From NCBI RefSeq assembly GCF_009914755.1, contig NC_060942.1: a stretch of DNA of 64,000 bases. The stretch is one strand, 5' to 3'. Position 1 is the first letter of the stretch; each line of letters opens with the position of its first letter. Shown piece by piece: positions 41,101 through 55,500 of this stretch. Both the position numbers and the translations under genes were made by a program. This DNA comes from the human T2T-CHM13v2.0 reference genome, Homo sapiens. The notes under the pieces are model-generated. The model did not search any database. It was given only the letters and a program-made list of their open reading frames with translations, and had not been told where the DNA came from.

Positions 41101-41337
41101 TCTAGGCATTGATTTTTGTCTACCTATTTTCAACATCTTTTAATATGATTATATGCAATAAATTACCCTGCCCACAAGGTACTAAGATATTAAAGAGTTA
41201 AAAATAAACATTATTTGGCTAATGTGAGTCTTTTTTGCTATCAATAATAATACAGATGAGATGCAAGGGTGTCAGTGCCAAATATCTGGAAAAGGAAAGA
41301 TGAAATTAATCACACTGGGACAAAATAAATGGTAAGT

Positions 41338-41338
41338 T

Positions 41339-41370
<32 letters not shown>

Positions 41371-41658
41371 TTTTAGAGGCAGGGTCTCACTCTGTCACTC
41401 AGGCTGGAGTTCAGTGGTCTGATCATGGCTCACTGTAACCTCAAATTCCTGAGCTCAAACAATCCTCTCGCCTCACTCACCCAAGGAGCTAGCACTACAA
41501 GTGTGTGCCACCACCATGCCTGGCTAATTTTTTTAGGTTTTTGAAGAGACAAGGTCTCCCTATGCCCAGGCTGATGTCAAACTCCTGGCCTCAATTGATC
41601 CTCCCACTTTGGTGTCTCAAAGCACTGGGGTTACAAGTATTAGCCATTACTCCCAGCT
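41338..41658 (-). mobile_element. AluJ element
   Basis: Reverse dimer with (TTTA)n tail. Confidence 0.92.
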
Positions 41659-41884
41659 GCTGGCAAATTTGTTGATTTATTCACCTATCTATCTGCAGGT
41701 TTATTCAACAAACATTTTGTGAATACTTGCTGAGTGTCTGTTGTTTACTAGGTCTAGGGACAAAATCATTTTTACTAACCATATTTAATGTATTTCTAAG
41801 TAGTTCCTAACCACAGAAAACATAATCAAGAAAAGTTTTACATCTTCAAGATGTCTGTGATTAATTAATGTTTCTTTCTCTTTG

Positions 41885-42380
41885 TGTCCGTTAGGAATGA
41901 ATTGAGATTCTGATAAGAATTCAAAATAACAGCAGAGATTTATTTTCTTTGAGGGAGACTCTCACATAAAGTTTAGAGGTAGGCAACCCAGGTACATATG
42001 GTGTGTTTGGAGTTATGTTGTTTTCCTGTCATCTTTGTTCATGATTTTCATTTTTAATTTCCTTATGGTCAAAATATGGCTGCTGGACCTTTAGCCATCA
42101 TAACTGTGTTCCAGACAGCAAGCAGAAGAAAGCAGCTATAAAGAAAAGAAAAATGACCTTCTTTCAAAGAAGTCAACTCCTCTAGGAGATTTTTTGAACT
42201 TCCCACTAGGTGCTTGTAATTTTGATTTCACTGACCTCTTTATTATCAAAGGAACTTAGGAAAATAAGTTGTTACTATCAATGTTGTTGCTTTTATTCTT
42301 TTTGCTTAGCAAAAGAAAGATGGGAGCACACCGATAGTGAAGAATAAGATAATGGAAGTTATGTAGCCAACTCTATCCCC
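41885..42380. mobile_element. Old MLT1 (J/K/L-type) MaLR LTR
   Basis: AAAATATGGCTGCTG...CCATCATAACTGTGTTCCAGACAGCAAG motifs. Confidence 0.5.
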
Positions 42381-42406
42381 ACTATAGATTAAATTATTCT
42401 CTAGGA

Positions 42407-42812
42407 CAGTAGTCCCCAACATTTTTGGCACCAGGGATCAGTTTTATAAAAGACAAATTTTCCATGGACTGGGATGGGGGGATGGTTTGGGGGTGATTCC
42501 CATCTGGGGGTGATAGGAAGCAGTGACAGATCATCCGGCATTAGATTCTCATAAGTAGTGCAAAACCTAGATCTTTTGCCCCTGTGATGCACGATAGAGT
42601 TCACGCTCCTACGAGAATCTAATGCCTCCACTGATCTGACAGGAAGCAGAGCTCAGGTGGTAATGTAAATAATGGGGAGTGGCTGTAAATGCCAATGAAG
42701 CTTTCCTAGCTCGCCTCACCTGCTACCCACCTCCGGCTGCGTGGCCTGGTTCCTAATAGGCCATGAAGGGGTACCAGCACCGGTCCATGGCCTGGGGGTT
42801 TTGAGATCCCTG
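42407..42812. mobile_element. MER1 hAT-Charlie DNA transposon
   Basis: CAGTAGTCCCCAACATTTTTGGCACCAGGGA start, GAGATCCCTG end, perfect 8-bp TSD CTCTAGGA (42399-42406 and 42813-42820). Confidence 0.92.
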
Positions 42813-43166
42813 CTCTAGGAGGCAATCTTCCATTTTCCCTCTCCTTCAAAACACAAGAATGAGGATGTATACCCTACCCCTAACTTTGATGCCTATGTTG
42901 AGGTTGCCAGGCAGGAAAGACCCACAGCCTGAAGTTTAAGACAGAAGAACCTCACCTCAAAGCGAGGAACTTTGGGGCACCATGTCCTTCAGTGTTTTCT
43001 TATCTCACCTACTAGTTCTCTTCATCCTTCCTCCCATTCCTCACACAAAATAAGACACTGAGTCCAAGCTGTTTTTCCCTCCTATCTCTTTTTCTGATAA
43101 CCACAAAAGTTTAGACCTTATTAATTGAAGTGGTTTCCTGCTTCCTCTAGTCTAGTCTTAAAATAA

Positions 43167-43505
<339 letters not shown>

Positions 43506-43519
43506 TTAAAACATTATTT

Positions 43520-44000
43520 TAAACTTCTTTCTAGTCTGTTAAAAAAGCCCTCATTAACTGTTTAAACACTACTTTAAAATAAAGCTGATAAGCCTTATTC
43601 TGGCATCTGAGACTATCCATCATCTACTCCATCTGGTCCTGCTACTATGGTCCTCTAGAAGTGCCTTGCATATCCTATCCTCACTCTGTAACTCTCTTCA
43701 TGCAGGTCTCCTTTCTCTTCTTGCCAAATCCTCCAGGGCCTAGTTCAAATTTCCCCTGCTGCACAAAGGAAAAATGATGTTAGGGAGCCCCTGCATGGCA
43801 TCTTTTCCACAGTAACATAAGCCTTCTGTCCCTGGGCACTTATCTGCGGCACACATTGACACATTCTGGTTTCCAGCCATCTCTTTCATGTTTGCATTGT
43901 TACACATCTTTCGCAATATTTATGGCCGCTCTCTGAAGAAGCTTTCATCAGTCTTTTGGACACATAGTAGGCTCTCAAAAATATCTGTTGGTTGAATTTG
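43520..44000 (+). mobile_element. L2 3' fragment
   Basis: CACATAGTAGGCTCTCAAAAATATCTGTTGGTTGAAT is an L2 terminus. Confidence 0.6.
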
Positions 44001-47000
44001 TCTTGTCTCTTTTTTTCCTTCCATGTATTTATTACGTGATCAAAATTTCCCTTCTCATTGTGCCTGCCTCTCAATTTCTAGCCAAAATTGTATCTAGGCC
44101 CAAACTCCCAATCTGATGTTCCACAGAGCCAGAATGCATCTCCCATGGAGGTCACAGAATTCCACAATTGGCTGACTATTAGCATAAGGCCTGGGATGGA
44201 ACTGAATTGTCAGCTCCCTTTTAACTGGATGATTTCCACTGGGTTTTATTTTCTGTTTGCTTGCTAATAGAAATGCCCATCGGCAGTGGCCTCAGATCAA
44301 AAGTATGGTCTTAATAGAATCTAAAAGTTCATGTTTAATTTTAAAATCACACTCCCTTCAGATTCCCAGTATTGCCAAAATTCATCTGAAAAGCAGATAT
44401 CATTTTCCTTCCACCTTCAAAAACAGCTGAACAAAATTTAAATACATCTGGTTATAACAAACAAGCTAGAAAGTGCACCACAATTGGGACAAGCTTGCGC
44501 ACAGATCCAATTTTTATGACTGAGTTAGAAAGTGCTTGAAAAATGGGGCTCACTGTGCAATCCCTGCGGGGGCGTTAGCTGGAGCCTCTGTGGCAAGAAA
44601 GACTGCAATAATAAGCATGAGTGGCATTTTCCCAAAGCAGGTTAAATACCCCAATAGAAACCTAGAAGAAATTACACTTAAAGGTTCTCCCAGGCAGCTT
44701 GAGTTTATTTGACACCTCCTCTTTGCACGTGAATTCCCTGTGTGACAAACTGCATGATACAATTTGTGGGCTAAATTCGATGATTTTATGAGTGTTAATG
44801 CCACAGTTTTGGAGCTAAGTCAATGTGACAATAATAATAGAATTTTGTTTATTTCCTTGTTTGTTTAAACTTTCCCTCTAAACTATAAACTGAGATTATT
44901 CAAAGGGCAGTTTCTCACTGGCCATTCTCTTCCTTCTGACTACAACTTGGTAATAGCTAATCAAACAAAGATAATCTGTGCCATTTTTTCAGTTGAGTGC
45001 TTGATCAAGATTCATGTTTACTTTTAGGGCAGAATGCTCTGCCTAGGGTAATGAGATGAATTGAGTTTACCTTTTTAACCTTTCTGAAGTTTCACTGTTT
45101 CTTGTTGTGTATCTCAGAGTACAGGGCACAGACTAACGGGATGAGTAAGGCTATTCACAGAAAGAATATTTGTTTACTGGTTACAAATAGTTTTTACTGT
45201 GTTCATATAGGTCTGGAAAACTTGTTACAGGTAGATGGTGAACTTAGCACTCTACCTATCAAATATGGAGATTAAGTATAATACAGTAGTTAGAAGATAA
45301 ATTTTGGAGCCACTTTGTTTATAGTCAATTTTGAGTTTCACTAGCTACGTTATCTCCAGCAAGTTGAACAAGCAAGCAAGTTTAAACTCTTTGTGTCTTA
45401 GTTTTTTCATCTATAATATGAGCTTGGAATAATGTCTAGTTTATATTATTATCTTTCCCTATTTTCTAACAATATTCTTCTGCAGATCAGTGAGTTCTGC
45501 TGACTTCCCAAGAGTCCACATTTGGAATATACTTACTTTGTAGTATAAACCTCTGTTGTGTTTATGATGTACATCCTGCCTAAAGTATCTTCCTCTTGCC
45601 TTCCCTCTCCCTATACCACCATTTTATTTACAATGTTCATGCTTTAGGATCAGGCCTCATAATATATTTTTTTTCCAACACTCTCCACCTACATCTTGAT
45701 ATCTCTTTTTTAGAATGTCTCCTTACTACCTATGTTCTCTTTTTCTTCCAGCTACCCATCATATAATACATTCCTGGGCTGTGGTGAACGTTTACGTAAT
45801 AATTCCTTAGAGCAAGGTATCTTTATTTATTTATTTTTTTTACTTTATTCTATACCTGATTTATCAGTCAGCAATAGTAGTCTGTGCTTCAATCAAACCT
45901 GTGAAGAAGTTCTCAATGATCATTCCAACATATTTAAGATGTAGAGCTTTTGCCTGCATCCGTGAAGAGACCATTTGGCTAAAATGTCAGAAGCCCTATT
46001 TTCATATGGTCATGAACATTAGTTATGGTCTTGGGGCAAGTATCTTAGGGATTACTGATTCAAATTTTGTTATCTCTCACAGAGAAAGCTAGAGTGTACT
46101 CTTCTTTGTGGTCTCTTTCATACTTTCTCTTTTTCTATTTTACCCCCATCAATTTGACATCCATAATTGACAAAGTGGTCCCAATATTTTTATTTCAGTG
46201 ACAAGCTGGAGACTGTTGACCTGAATCAGTCTTGTCAGTCCATTTGTCAGATCAGTCTATATTTAAGTTCTTCTCCACTTTGTGTTGGACAAAATTTTCT
46301 TAGATGACCTTGCACTGCTCTTTTTGCCTCCGTGACAACCCAGTATTTGGAAATTTTGCTCTGTTTTGGTTTATTTGATTGGATACTTCTTTGTATTTCT
46401 ATGCTTATTTATTATATACTTGATCAATGTTCATTAACTTCTCACTGAGGATGATTCTTTTGTAATTAATAATTTCTCTCTTTTCCTGAAATGCTTTCAC
46501 CCATTTGATTCCATTTATTTTGTTGCTGTTTTTGTGTGGCCATCTCTACACGGAGCTCAGTTCCTCTCCTAGAATTAACATCATTTAGCACAGTTCCATG
46601 AATATCTTGAACACTCATTATTTCCTTGGTAAGAAAATAAATGGAGCAAATTCTCAGTTGCTGGACATTCTATTAACTATAACTGTTTATTAAGTGGCAC
46701 TTTGCACTCCTCTAGAAAATTATATTTAAAGTTCTTAGTGATATTTTGTCATTGAAATAGCAATATATGCATTTGGAATCAGTAAAAAGAAGCAATTATT
46801 TTCAGAACAATTTTAATTATAGTTGCTGTATACTAATTCTCATTGAATTACTATTCTATGTATGTATTGCACAACAACTATTCTCAATCAGAATATTGTA
46901 AAACTAAAATCCTACATGAGCAAGCTCTGTTCAAGGCCATGGGGTATATACTTGTAGCTTGCTTTGGATGTTTTGTGTCTCAAATCTTTACATTACATTA

Positions 47001-47804
47001 AAACAGATATTTACAAAATGAGGTAGTATAGATTAAGTTAAAGAAAAATTAAATCATGGAGTTCATTGCAATTGTAAAAAGATGCCACCTTTAAATTATA
47101 TATCATATTTTTATTTATTATAAACCTATATAAATATGTCCTTAATGTCTCCACATAGGGTTAAATTTAGGGGGAGAGATCTTAAGTGGGAAGAGCAGGC
47201 ATGATTTAGTTTAAAAGTGCCGTGGTAGTGATAGCTTAAGTTTCATTGGGCTGTTTAGGGGACCTTGATTGAGTCATGGGCCCTCTTTCTCATTCAGCGT
47301 GGTATCTTCTCTTCATTCTTCACTCTCTCTCTCATTCCCTCTTTATTTCTGTTTTCTCCTCTTCTGTCCTTTGATTTCTTTTTGTGTTCCCATTAAAATG
47401 GAGACTTAAAATATGAAAGAGAATGAACAACAAATGGTGATAAGATGCATTCGTAGGACATATGTAAAAATAAGGGCTTTGGAGTGCAACACAATAGTTG
47501 TTTCATATGAACAAAAATGTGAACAACTATAAGGACATTTGAGTAACAGAGTGGTAAGAAAACATAAATAAAGTTGGGCAAAGAGTATGATTTGGAGAAT
47601 AATAGCAATGGGAAAATTTTATCCTGATTATAGAAAGAGTTCATTCCACATGTATTCAGATCAAGAAACAAAGGAGGGTAAAATTTTGGAGTAAAGTTCC
47701 ATATTTAAAAGTTCTATTGGCAGTGAGTCATACTGTACAGTCACAATGAGCCTTTGTACTTACCAAGGAGCTTTTATGCAAAGATTTCACAAGGCAAAGA
47801 GCTA

Positions 47805-47805
<1 letters not shown>

Positions 47806-47836
<31 letters not shown>
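47806..47836. repeat. Poly(A)31 mononucleotide run
   Basis: Read directly. Confidence 0.97.
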
Positions 47837-47841
<5 letters not shown>

Positions 47842-49375
47842 CTCTCATTTCAGATGGACAAGTAAATCAGAAAGAAGGTAGATTTTTGAATACTTCACTA
47901 TTGGGCCTCAGTAACTTTTTCTTTTACATTCTTTTTTTTCCCAACTTTAAATGCAAAGATTTTCAATGCACAATTTAACACATTTTGAAAATGATTAAAT
48001 CCATATCACTTTCATCCCTATCAAGATACAGAACATTTTTCTCACTCCAGAAGATTCTCTTGAATGGAGTCAATCTATACTCCTCTTCCCAAGAGGCAAC
48101 CACTGCTTTGATTCCTCTTTTCATCACATATTAGTGTCGTCTGTTTTAAAACATACCACAAGTTAAATTGTACAGTATGTACACCTGTATGTCCAGCTTT
48201 TTATTCATCATAATATTTTTTAAATATTTACTTTTAAAAAATATTAGACTTAAGAAAATTGACATAACACAGAGAGACCTCAAAAACCCCATATTCAGTT
48301 TCCCTTATTATTAAAGTCTCACATTACTATGGCGCATTTGTTGCAATGAATGAACCAATACTGATACACTATTACTAAGTAAAGCCCATTCTTTATTCAG
48401 ATTTCTTTACTGTTTACCTAATGTCCTTTAGCTGTTCTAGGATTGCATCAAGGATAAGACACTACTTTTAGTCATTACATGCTCTGCGTTATGGAAGTTC
48501 TTGGAATTTCTTTGGTTTTTGATAAACTTGATAAGTTTGAAAATTATTGATATGGTATTTTGTAGAATTTCCTCAGCTGGGATTTGTCTGATGTTTTTTT
48601 CATAATTAGAATAGAGCTGTGGGTTTGGGGTAGAAAGATGAGAGAGGAAAGCGCCATTTTCATTATATCATACCAAGCGTGCAAAATATCAAATTATTTA
48701 TTATTATTAATGTTGACCTTGATCACCTAAGATACCATTTGTCGGGCTTTTCTACTCTAAAGTTAGTCTTTTTCTCTCTTCAGTGTAATAACTTGTTCAT
48801 TCATTTTATTGCACATACTACAAGTTTGTCTCTTTGTGTTGCAGAGCAGTATTCAATATATGATTATATTACAATTTTTCTATTAGCCTTTCTTTTACAT
48901 GTTTTTGTGTACATATGTCTTTATTTCTCTTTGGTAAATGTCTAGAAGTAGAATGATTAGATTATAAGTTTAATGTATAACTAACTTTATGAGAAAATGC
49001 TTAATATGCAAAATGGTTATCCTATTTTACACTCTCACTACCCAGCTATGAGAATTCCAATTGTTTTGCATCTTACTAATTCTTAATATTGTGAGCCATT
49101 TCAAGTTTAGTCATTCTAGTGGATGTATAGTGGTATCTAATTGTGGTTCCATTTTAATTTTCTTTATGACCAGTAGCATTGAGGATTGTCCATGTACTTA
49201 TTGGAGATTTATATTTCTTCCTTTGTAATTGCTCAAATACCATGGTATTGACTTTTCTTCTTTGCACTGCATTGACATCCTTGTCAAAAATTATTTGATT
49301 ATCTAATATTAAATCAATTTCTATACCCTTATATTCCATTGATTTGAGGATCAAGCCAATACCACACTGTCCTGA

Positions 49376-49694
<319 letters not shown>

Positions 49695-50307
49695 TATAAT
49701 AAATCTTTCAATTATGTAATGTAAATCTTTCTTATTAGTTCTGATGTTCAAGATTGATTTCCATCAAACATGTGTGTGATAGGAGACATCTTTGTCTTTT
49801 TCCAAAGATTAGGAAAAATATATATATCGTTTTTTACCATTAGTGTGATGCTAGCTATAAATTACTTGTAAGTGCCCTTGGTCAGATTGTTGAATTTCCT
49901 CCTTTTCCTAGCTCGCTGAGAATTTTCATGATAAATATGGGTTGAAGTTTATCAAATCCATTTTCTGACTATATTGGGGTGATTATATACATGTGCTCAT
50001 TGATTTTGTTAATGTATTGAATTATACTGATTCACTTTCAAGTGTTAAACCAATGCTGCATTCCTATGACAAATTTTACCTGTTCATCCTGAGTTATTCT
50101 ATTTATACGTTATTTCATTCAGTTTTTGAATACTGTATTTATAAAACTTTTTTATATATTATTTTTTGTTCGTATTTTTTGTAGTATTTTTGTCTTGTTA
50201 TGGTTTCAAGGTTCTATTGGCCTCAAAAAATTAATAGGAAAGTATTTCCTCCTCCTCCTTTCTCTGAAAGGACTTGTGTAAAAATTAGTATTATTTCTTC
50301 CTTAGAA

Positions 50308-50560
50308 GCTGGGCATGGTGGCTCACGTCTGTAATCCCAGCACTTTGGGAAGCTGAGGCAGGAGGATCACTTGAGGCCAGGAGTTTGAAACCAGCCATGG
50401 TGGTGCAGACTTGTAATCCCAGCTACTCAGGAAGCTGAGGTAGAAGGAATGCTTGAGCCTAGAAAGTTGAGGCTACAGTGAGCCAAAATAATGCCATTGC
50501 ATTCTAGCCCGAGTCACAGAGTGAGACTTTATCTCTAAAAAATATATAAATAAATACAAA
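50308..50560 (+). mobile_element. AluJ element lacking the central A-rich linker
   Basis: ACCAGCC joined to ATGGTGGTG; TSD TTTCTTCCTTAG. Confidence 0.9.
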
Positions 50561-50779
50561 TTTTCTTCCTTAGCTATATGTTAGAATTCAACAATCTACC
50601 GAGGACCTAGATTTGCAGTATAATTCTATTTATTTTTCTATTTGTTTGTTTTCCGTGTTCTTGAAAACTATTCTTTTTTAAAGCTCATTTCTATCTTCTG
50701 TTTGGCCTTCTTTTCTAGCTTCTTAATGTAGAAGATCACATCATTGATTTCAATTGTTTATTATCTTAAATAAACATTT

Positions 50780-50905
50780 GAGATACAAGATACAAATACA
50801 TATACAAATATATGTATTGAGATACAAGATACAAGATACAAATATTACAAAGATACAAGATACAAATATACAAAATACAAATATTATACAAGATACAAGA
50901 TATAG
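50780..50905. repeat. Degenerate tandem repeat of GATACAA/AATACAA
   Basis: Read directly; more than a dozen 7-nt-like units. Confidence 0.85.
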
Positions 50906-51963
50906 CTAAAACAGTAAACACTTTCTAGCTGCATCACAAAGGTTTTGGTATGTTAGTATCATTATTTTAAAATATTTTCTAATTCATTTTGTGTTTCTTC
51001 TTTGGCTTAGAATATTTTTTTTTCTTTCAAACATTCAAGATTTTCTAAATACCATTAATTTTATTTATAATTAATTATGTTTGGTCAGAAAAAACTTTAT
51101 TTTTCATTTTTTGAAACTTCTTTTGAACTGAGAATATAGTTTATCTTGCAGAACACTCTATGTATATCTGAAAATTCTACTTTTTGATATATATTTTTGT
51201 TTATAGTTCCTATAAGTATTCATTTAATCCAAGGTTTAAAAGGTGATTGAATTAAATGTTTTAACATTCTTCCACCAGTTATATTTGATTGATTTTTTTT
51301 AATCTTAGAATTTGAGGTATGAAATAAACTTTTACTGTTATTTTACAAATTGGCATTTATAATTTTTGTCACTGTACAACTGGCTAAAATGATATTTATA
51401 TAAGCCCGAATTTTAGAATTCTGTTTTATGACAACTATTAAGTCTGTATACAAATTGATACAACTTAGAAAATCAAGGTATCAAATGTCATGCTGTGTCT
51501 CAAATGTAATGCATCCAGTAAGTCAAATTTGTATAATATCTAATTGTGTGATGGCTAAGCTAAAAGCCTAGACTTCACTGTTACACAGTATATCCACATA
51601 TCAAAACTGCGCTCCTATCCCCTAAATTTATACTGAGAGCTATGTAAACATGTCAACCATCTCGTATTATCATCATGTGTTATGTTGCTTGTATTTTAAG
51701 ATGAGCATCTTAACTTGTGTTTCCTATAAAGTAGTGCCTCAGTCAAGGAAGGACCTTTGTTCAAGTGGTTCATTTAGTAGATAACCCAGGGAGTAAGAGT
51801 AAAGAATCAGGGATCATTAGTCAAGGACAGTGGGAAAGCCAATGCAAGTGGATTAGTGCTTTTAAGTTGACCATTATGAACCACAGGGGCTGGGACCACC
51901 TGTAAAACATACAGTATAGTTCCTAAATTTTTGCCCCTTGAACGATAGGAGGTGGGAGTTTTT

Positions 51964-52590
51964 TTGTCTGTTTTTTGTTTTACTTTTTTTTTCAATTATA
52001 CTTTAAGTTCTAGGGTACATGTGCTCAACGACAACGTGAAGGTTTGTTACATATGTATACATGTGCCATGTTGGTGTGCTGCACCCAACTCGTCATTTAT
52101 GTTAGGTATTTCTCTTAATGCTATTCTTCCCCCTTCCCCCTACCCCATGACAGGCCCCAGTGTGTGATGTTCCCCGCCCTGGGTCCATGTGTTCTCATTG
52201 TTCAATTCCCAGCTATGAGTGAGATCACGCGGTGTTTGGTTTTCTGTCCTTGTGATAGTTTGCTGAGAATGATGGTTTCCAGCTTCATCCATGTCCCTAC
52301 AAAGGACATGAACTCATCCTTTTTTATAGCTGCATAGTATTCCATGGTGTATATGTGCCACATTTTCTTAATCCAGTCTATCATTGATGGACATTTGGGT
52401 TGGTTCCACGTTTGCTATTGTGAATAGTGCCGCAATAAACATACGTGTGCATGTGTCTTTATAGTAGCATAATTTATAATCCTTTGGGTACATACCCAGT
52501 AATGGGATTGCTGGGTCAAATGGTGTTTCTAGTTGTAGATCCTTGACGAATTGCCACACTATCTTCCACAATGGTTGAACTAGTTTACAC
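51964..52590 (-). mobile_element. 5'-truncated L1PA (about PA5-7) 3' end, ~0.63 kb
   Basis: L1 3'UTR plus ORF2 C-terminus (WIKKMWHIYTMEYYAAIK); TSD AGGAGGTG(G/A)GA(G/C)TTTTT at 51947 and 52591. Confidence 0.95.
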
Positions 52591-55500
52591 AGGAGGTGAG
52601 ACTTTTTATATACCTATTAGTGATGGTTACCCTGGAAGAGGTACCCTTGCCCTTACAGGCTGAATGGGCTCCCATATCATAGGAAAAATTTGGAGGCAAA
52701 GGGCACCCTTGGGTATAAACCTTCATAGCAGAATGTGAATCTAAGCTAGCACAGTTACAATGGAAATCAACAGTAGGCTAAGAGTAACAGTATTACTAAT
52801 TTTAAGTTGACATACAATTTTGACTCAAAAACTTGGAAAAAGAAATTATTTGTTAAAAAGTAGACAAATGATTAGAAAAGCCAATATTAGATTATCCTAA
52901 ACTAATAAAATTAGAAAGGTTTTACACAAAACAGAGATTAGAATAGGAAAGACAACCTCCCAGACAGGACTTGCTCTTAAGGGGGATATAGTACCCCTCT
53001 GACTGTGAGCAAATTTACCCTGGCCAGGACCAGTTGAACTTAGTAAATTTAATTTTGGAAAAGCAAGAGGAGGATTAGCTGGTAAGAATCTGGAAAGAAA
53101 TGAATGTGAATAGTCAAAGAAAAAGAGATGAAAGATAAACAAGAAAGAGAAAAAAGAAAAACATACACATGACAAGGAAACTTGGAAGTATTTAGGCACC
53201 AGCAGTAGAGACCTTGATCATATAGGTTTTGCCATCTCAAAGAAAAAAGAAAATAGTTTGGAAATGTAATGGAAAGTCATTGGGAGAGAGAAAGGAAGAT
53301 TAAAACAGGAGGAAACAAAGGGAATTCACTCAGGGTAATGCTAAATAACAGTGTCTTGTTACAGATATCCTTATTAAAAGTTAGGGGTTGTGTCCAAATA
53401 AATATTAGGGTGTGGTATACAGGTTTTAATCAATCACAAATAACACTGATTTGATCATACAGTATGGTGAAAGTATTGAAATATTTCATGACATATTTTC
53501 ATTGCATATTGAGTACAAAATATTCTATAGGTCTATTACAGAATTAATAAGACTGTTATGAAAATTAGGATACCTAGAATGTGTAATATATTGGCTATAT
53601 GCCATTACAATCAACCAATAGTACACATACTACATATATTACACACACCCATGTATTTTGGCTTACATTAAATTTAAATGTGATTCATTTAGATATCAAT
53701 AAGCTAACATATCTTAAATTTGGGGGGAAATTAGGCATTTTCTAAAATATGTAAAAATAATTTAATAAGTTTTAAAAGATAATGTTCACCATTACACTTA
53801 GTTACAAACTAATGATTATATGATGATAAAACATGCAAATTTTAAGTGAATGTGATTTTTTTCCTGTGATTGCCTTTTTCAAGGTACAATTTATGAATTA
53901 AATTTTCCAGACTAAAAGTGGTTCATTTTACAATGAAATTATCATTAATCATGGACTATATAAACCAGTCTTTTTGACTACAATTAGATATTAACTGAAT
54001 ATTGAGTATGAATCCTAAAGCTGACCCCATGAATACACATATTTCATTTCCTGTGGTTTGAGTCATAGCCACTTGTCAATACACATTGCAACCTTTTGCA
54101 TTCTGAATAAATTTCCAGGTAAATATTTTAACTAGAAAGCACTCACATAATAAAGTACACCTCTCTGACTCTAAATGCAAATACAATCTCAATAGAAAAA
54201 AAGGTACCCTCGGGTAATTTAGCTGCTCTTTTGTCCTGTTCTCCAGTGAGTGCCAAAATATGGAAAAACGAGCAGTTCTCAATTCAACCCTTATGGAGGG
54301 TAAAACCAATGTAACGTTTCACTGCCCTCTACAGGATGCAAATGTAAGCTGTTTGGATGGAACTTTTCTTCTCATATGTATATAATTTTAAAATGAAACT
54401 CTCAAGAAAGGATCCAGAATTAAAAATAGCAGTGATAGAGCAAAGGGGGGGGATGCAAATTGAGTTTTCTGTAAAATTAATGAATTTGTGAAGACATACA
54501 GTACCCAGCAAGATTTCCCCAAACCGAAAATAAAGAGCAATAAAAATGCCACACGATGATAAGGTGGCAATAACACATGAGAGATTGTATGAAATGTTCA
54601 AATGAGAAAAACAGAGAAAAAAAAGTAAAGAGGAGAGAGGGAGGGAAATTGTTATTGGAGATGAATGGGTGTTATTGTTTGATCTCATTTTTTTATCCCT
54701 TTTTGTTTGTATAATTGCACTTGATTGCTAAAATGAAAAGTGTCTGTAAAGTGATGGATTAATTAAAAGAATATGCAACCACTTTTCCTTTCTTACAGAG
54801 AAAAAAAAGAGTTTTATCCTTATAAGATCCCATCCATAGCCTTCACTCTGAACTATAGCGGGTTTTGAAAGTCATTTACATAATAGCTAACAGAAATGTA
54901 CTCAGCAAAACACCAGGCTTTCTAAACACAGGAGATAATTATGTTGGAAGAATGATATTCCATTGCCATCTCCATTTTCAAGATCCATTTATTTTTCCTG
55001 TACACAACAAAGAACAACCAAACACATATTAACATATATTGTGTAGCTGTGTGCCCTTAGAGTGACAAGATACAGGGAATTGGATTTGATGGGGCTAAGG
55101 CAGAGCAAAAACCAGAAAGGAAAGAAATACTGCATTCTATTCCTGGCATATATGTACCACCTGAATGGTATTTTTCATTATCTCCAGCACTGGGAACATT
55201 CTACTATTCTACTGGGAAGTCATAGCAGAAGAGATATAATTATCAGCAGAGTAATGGGGATGCTCTTGCTAATGGCCAGCTATTCAAATATCTCAATATA
55301 ATCGTCTTGCCCAATCTCTCCCCATTGCATACTCTTCTGGAGAAACTCATCATTTTTTCCACTTACTCCAGCATAATGAATTCATTTTGCATTTTCTTTG
55401 TGAGAAATTAAGAGGAATCGCAATATAATGTGTTGACATTTGAAATTCTGCACAGAAAATTTTAGGCTGGCAATTTAGTTTAATCACAAGCTAGCAGGGA

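Noticed and set aside
42470-42510. G-quadruplex-like G runs
   Set aside because: Internal to MER1 and with one long loop; no locus-specific significance
50780-50905. CRISPR-like repeat-spacer array
   Set aside because: Short degenerate tandem units without unique spacers, in a primate genome
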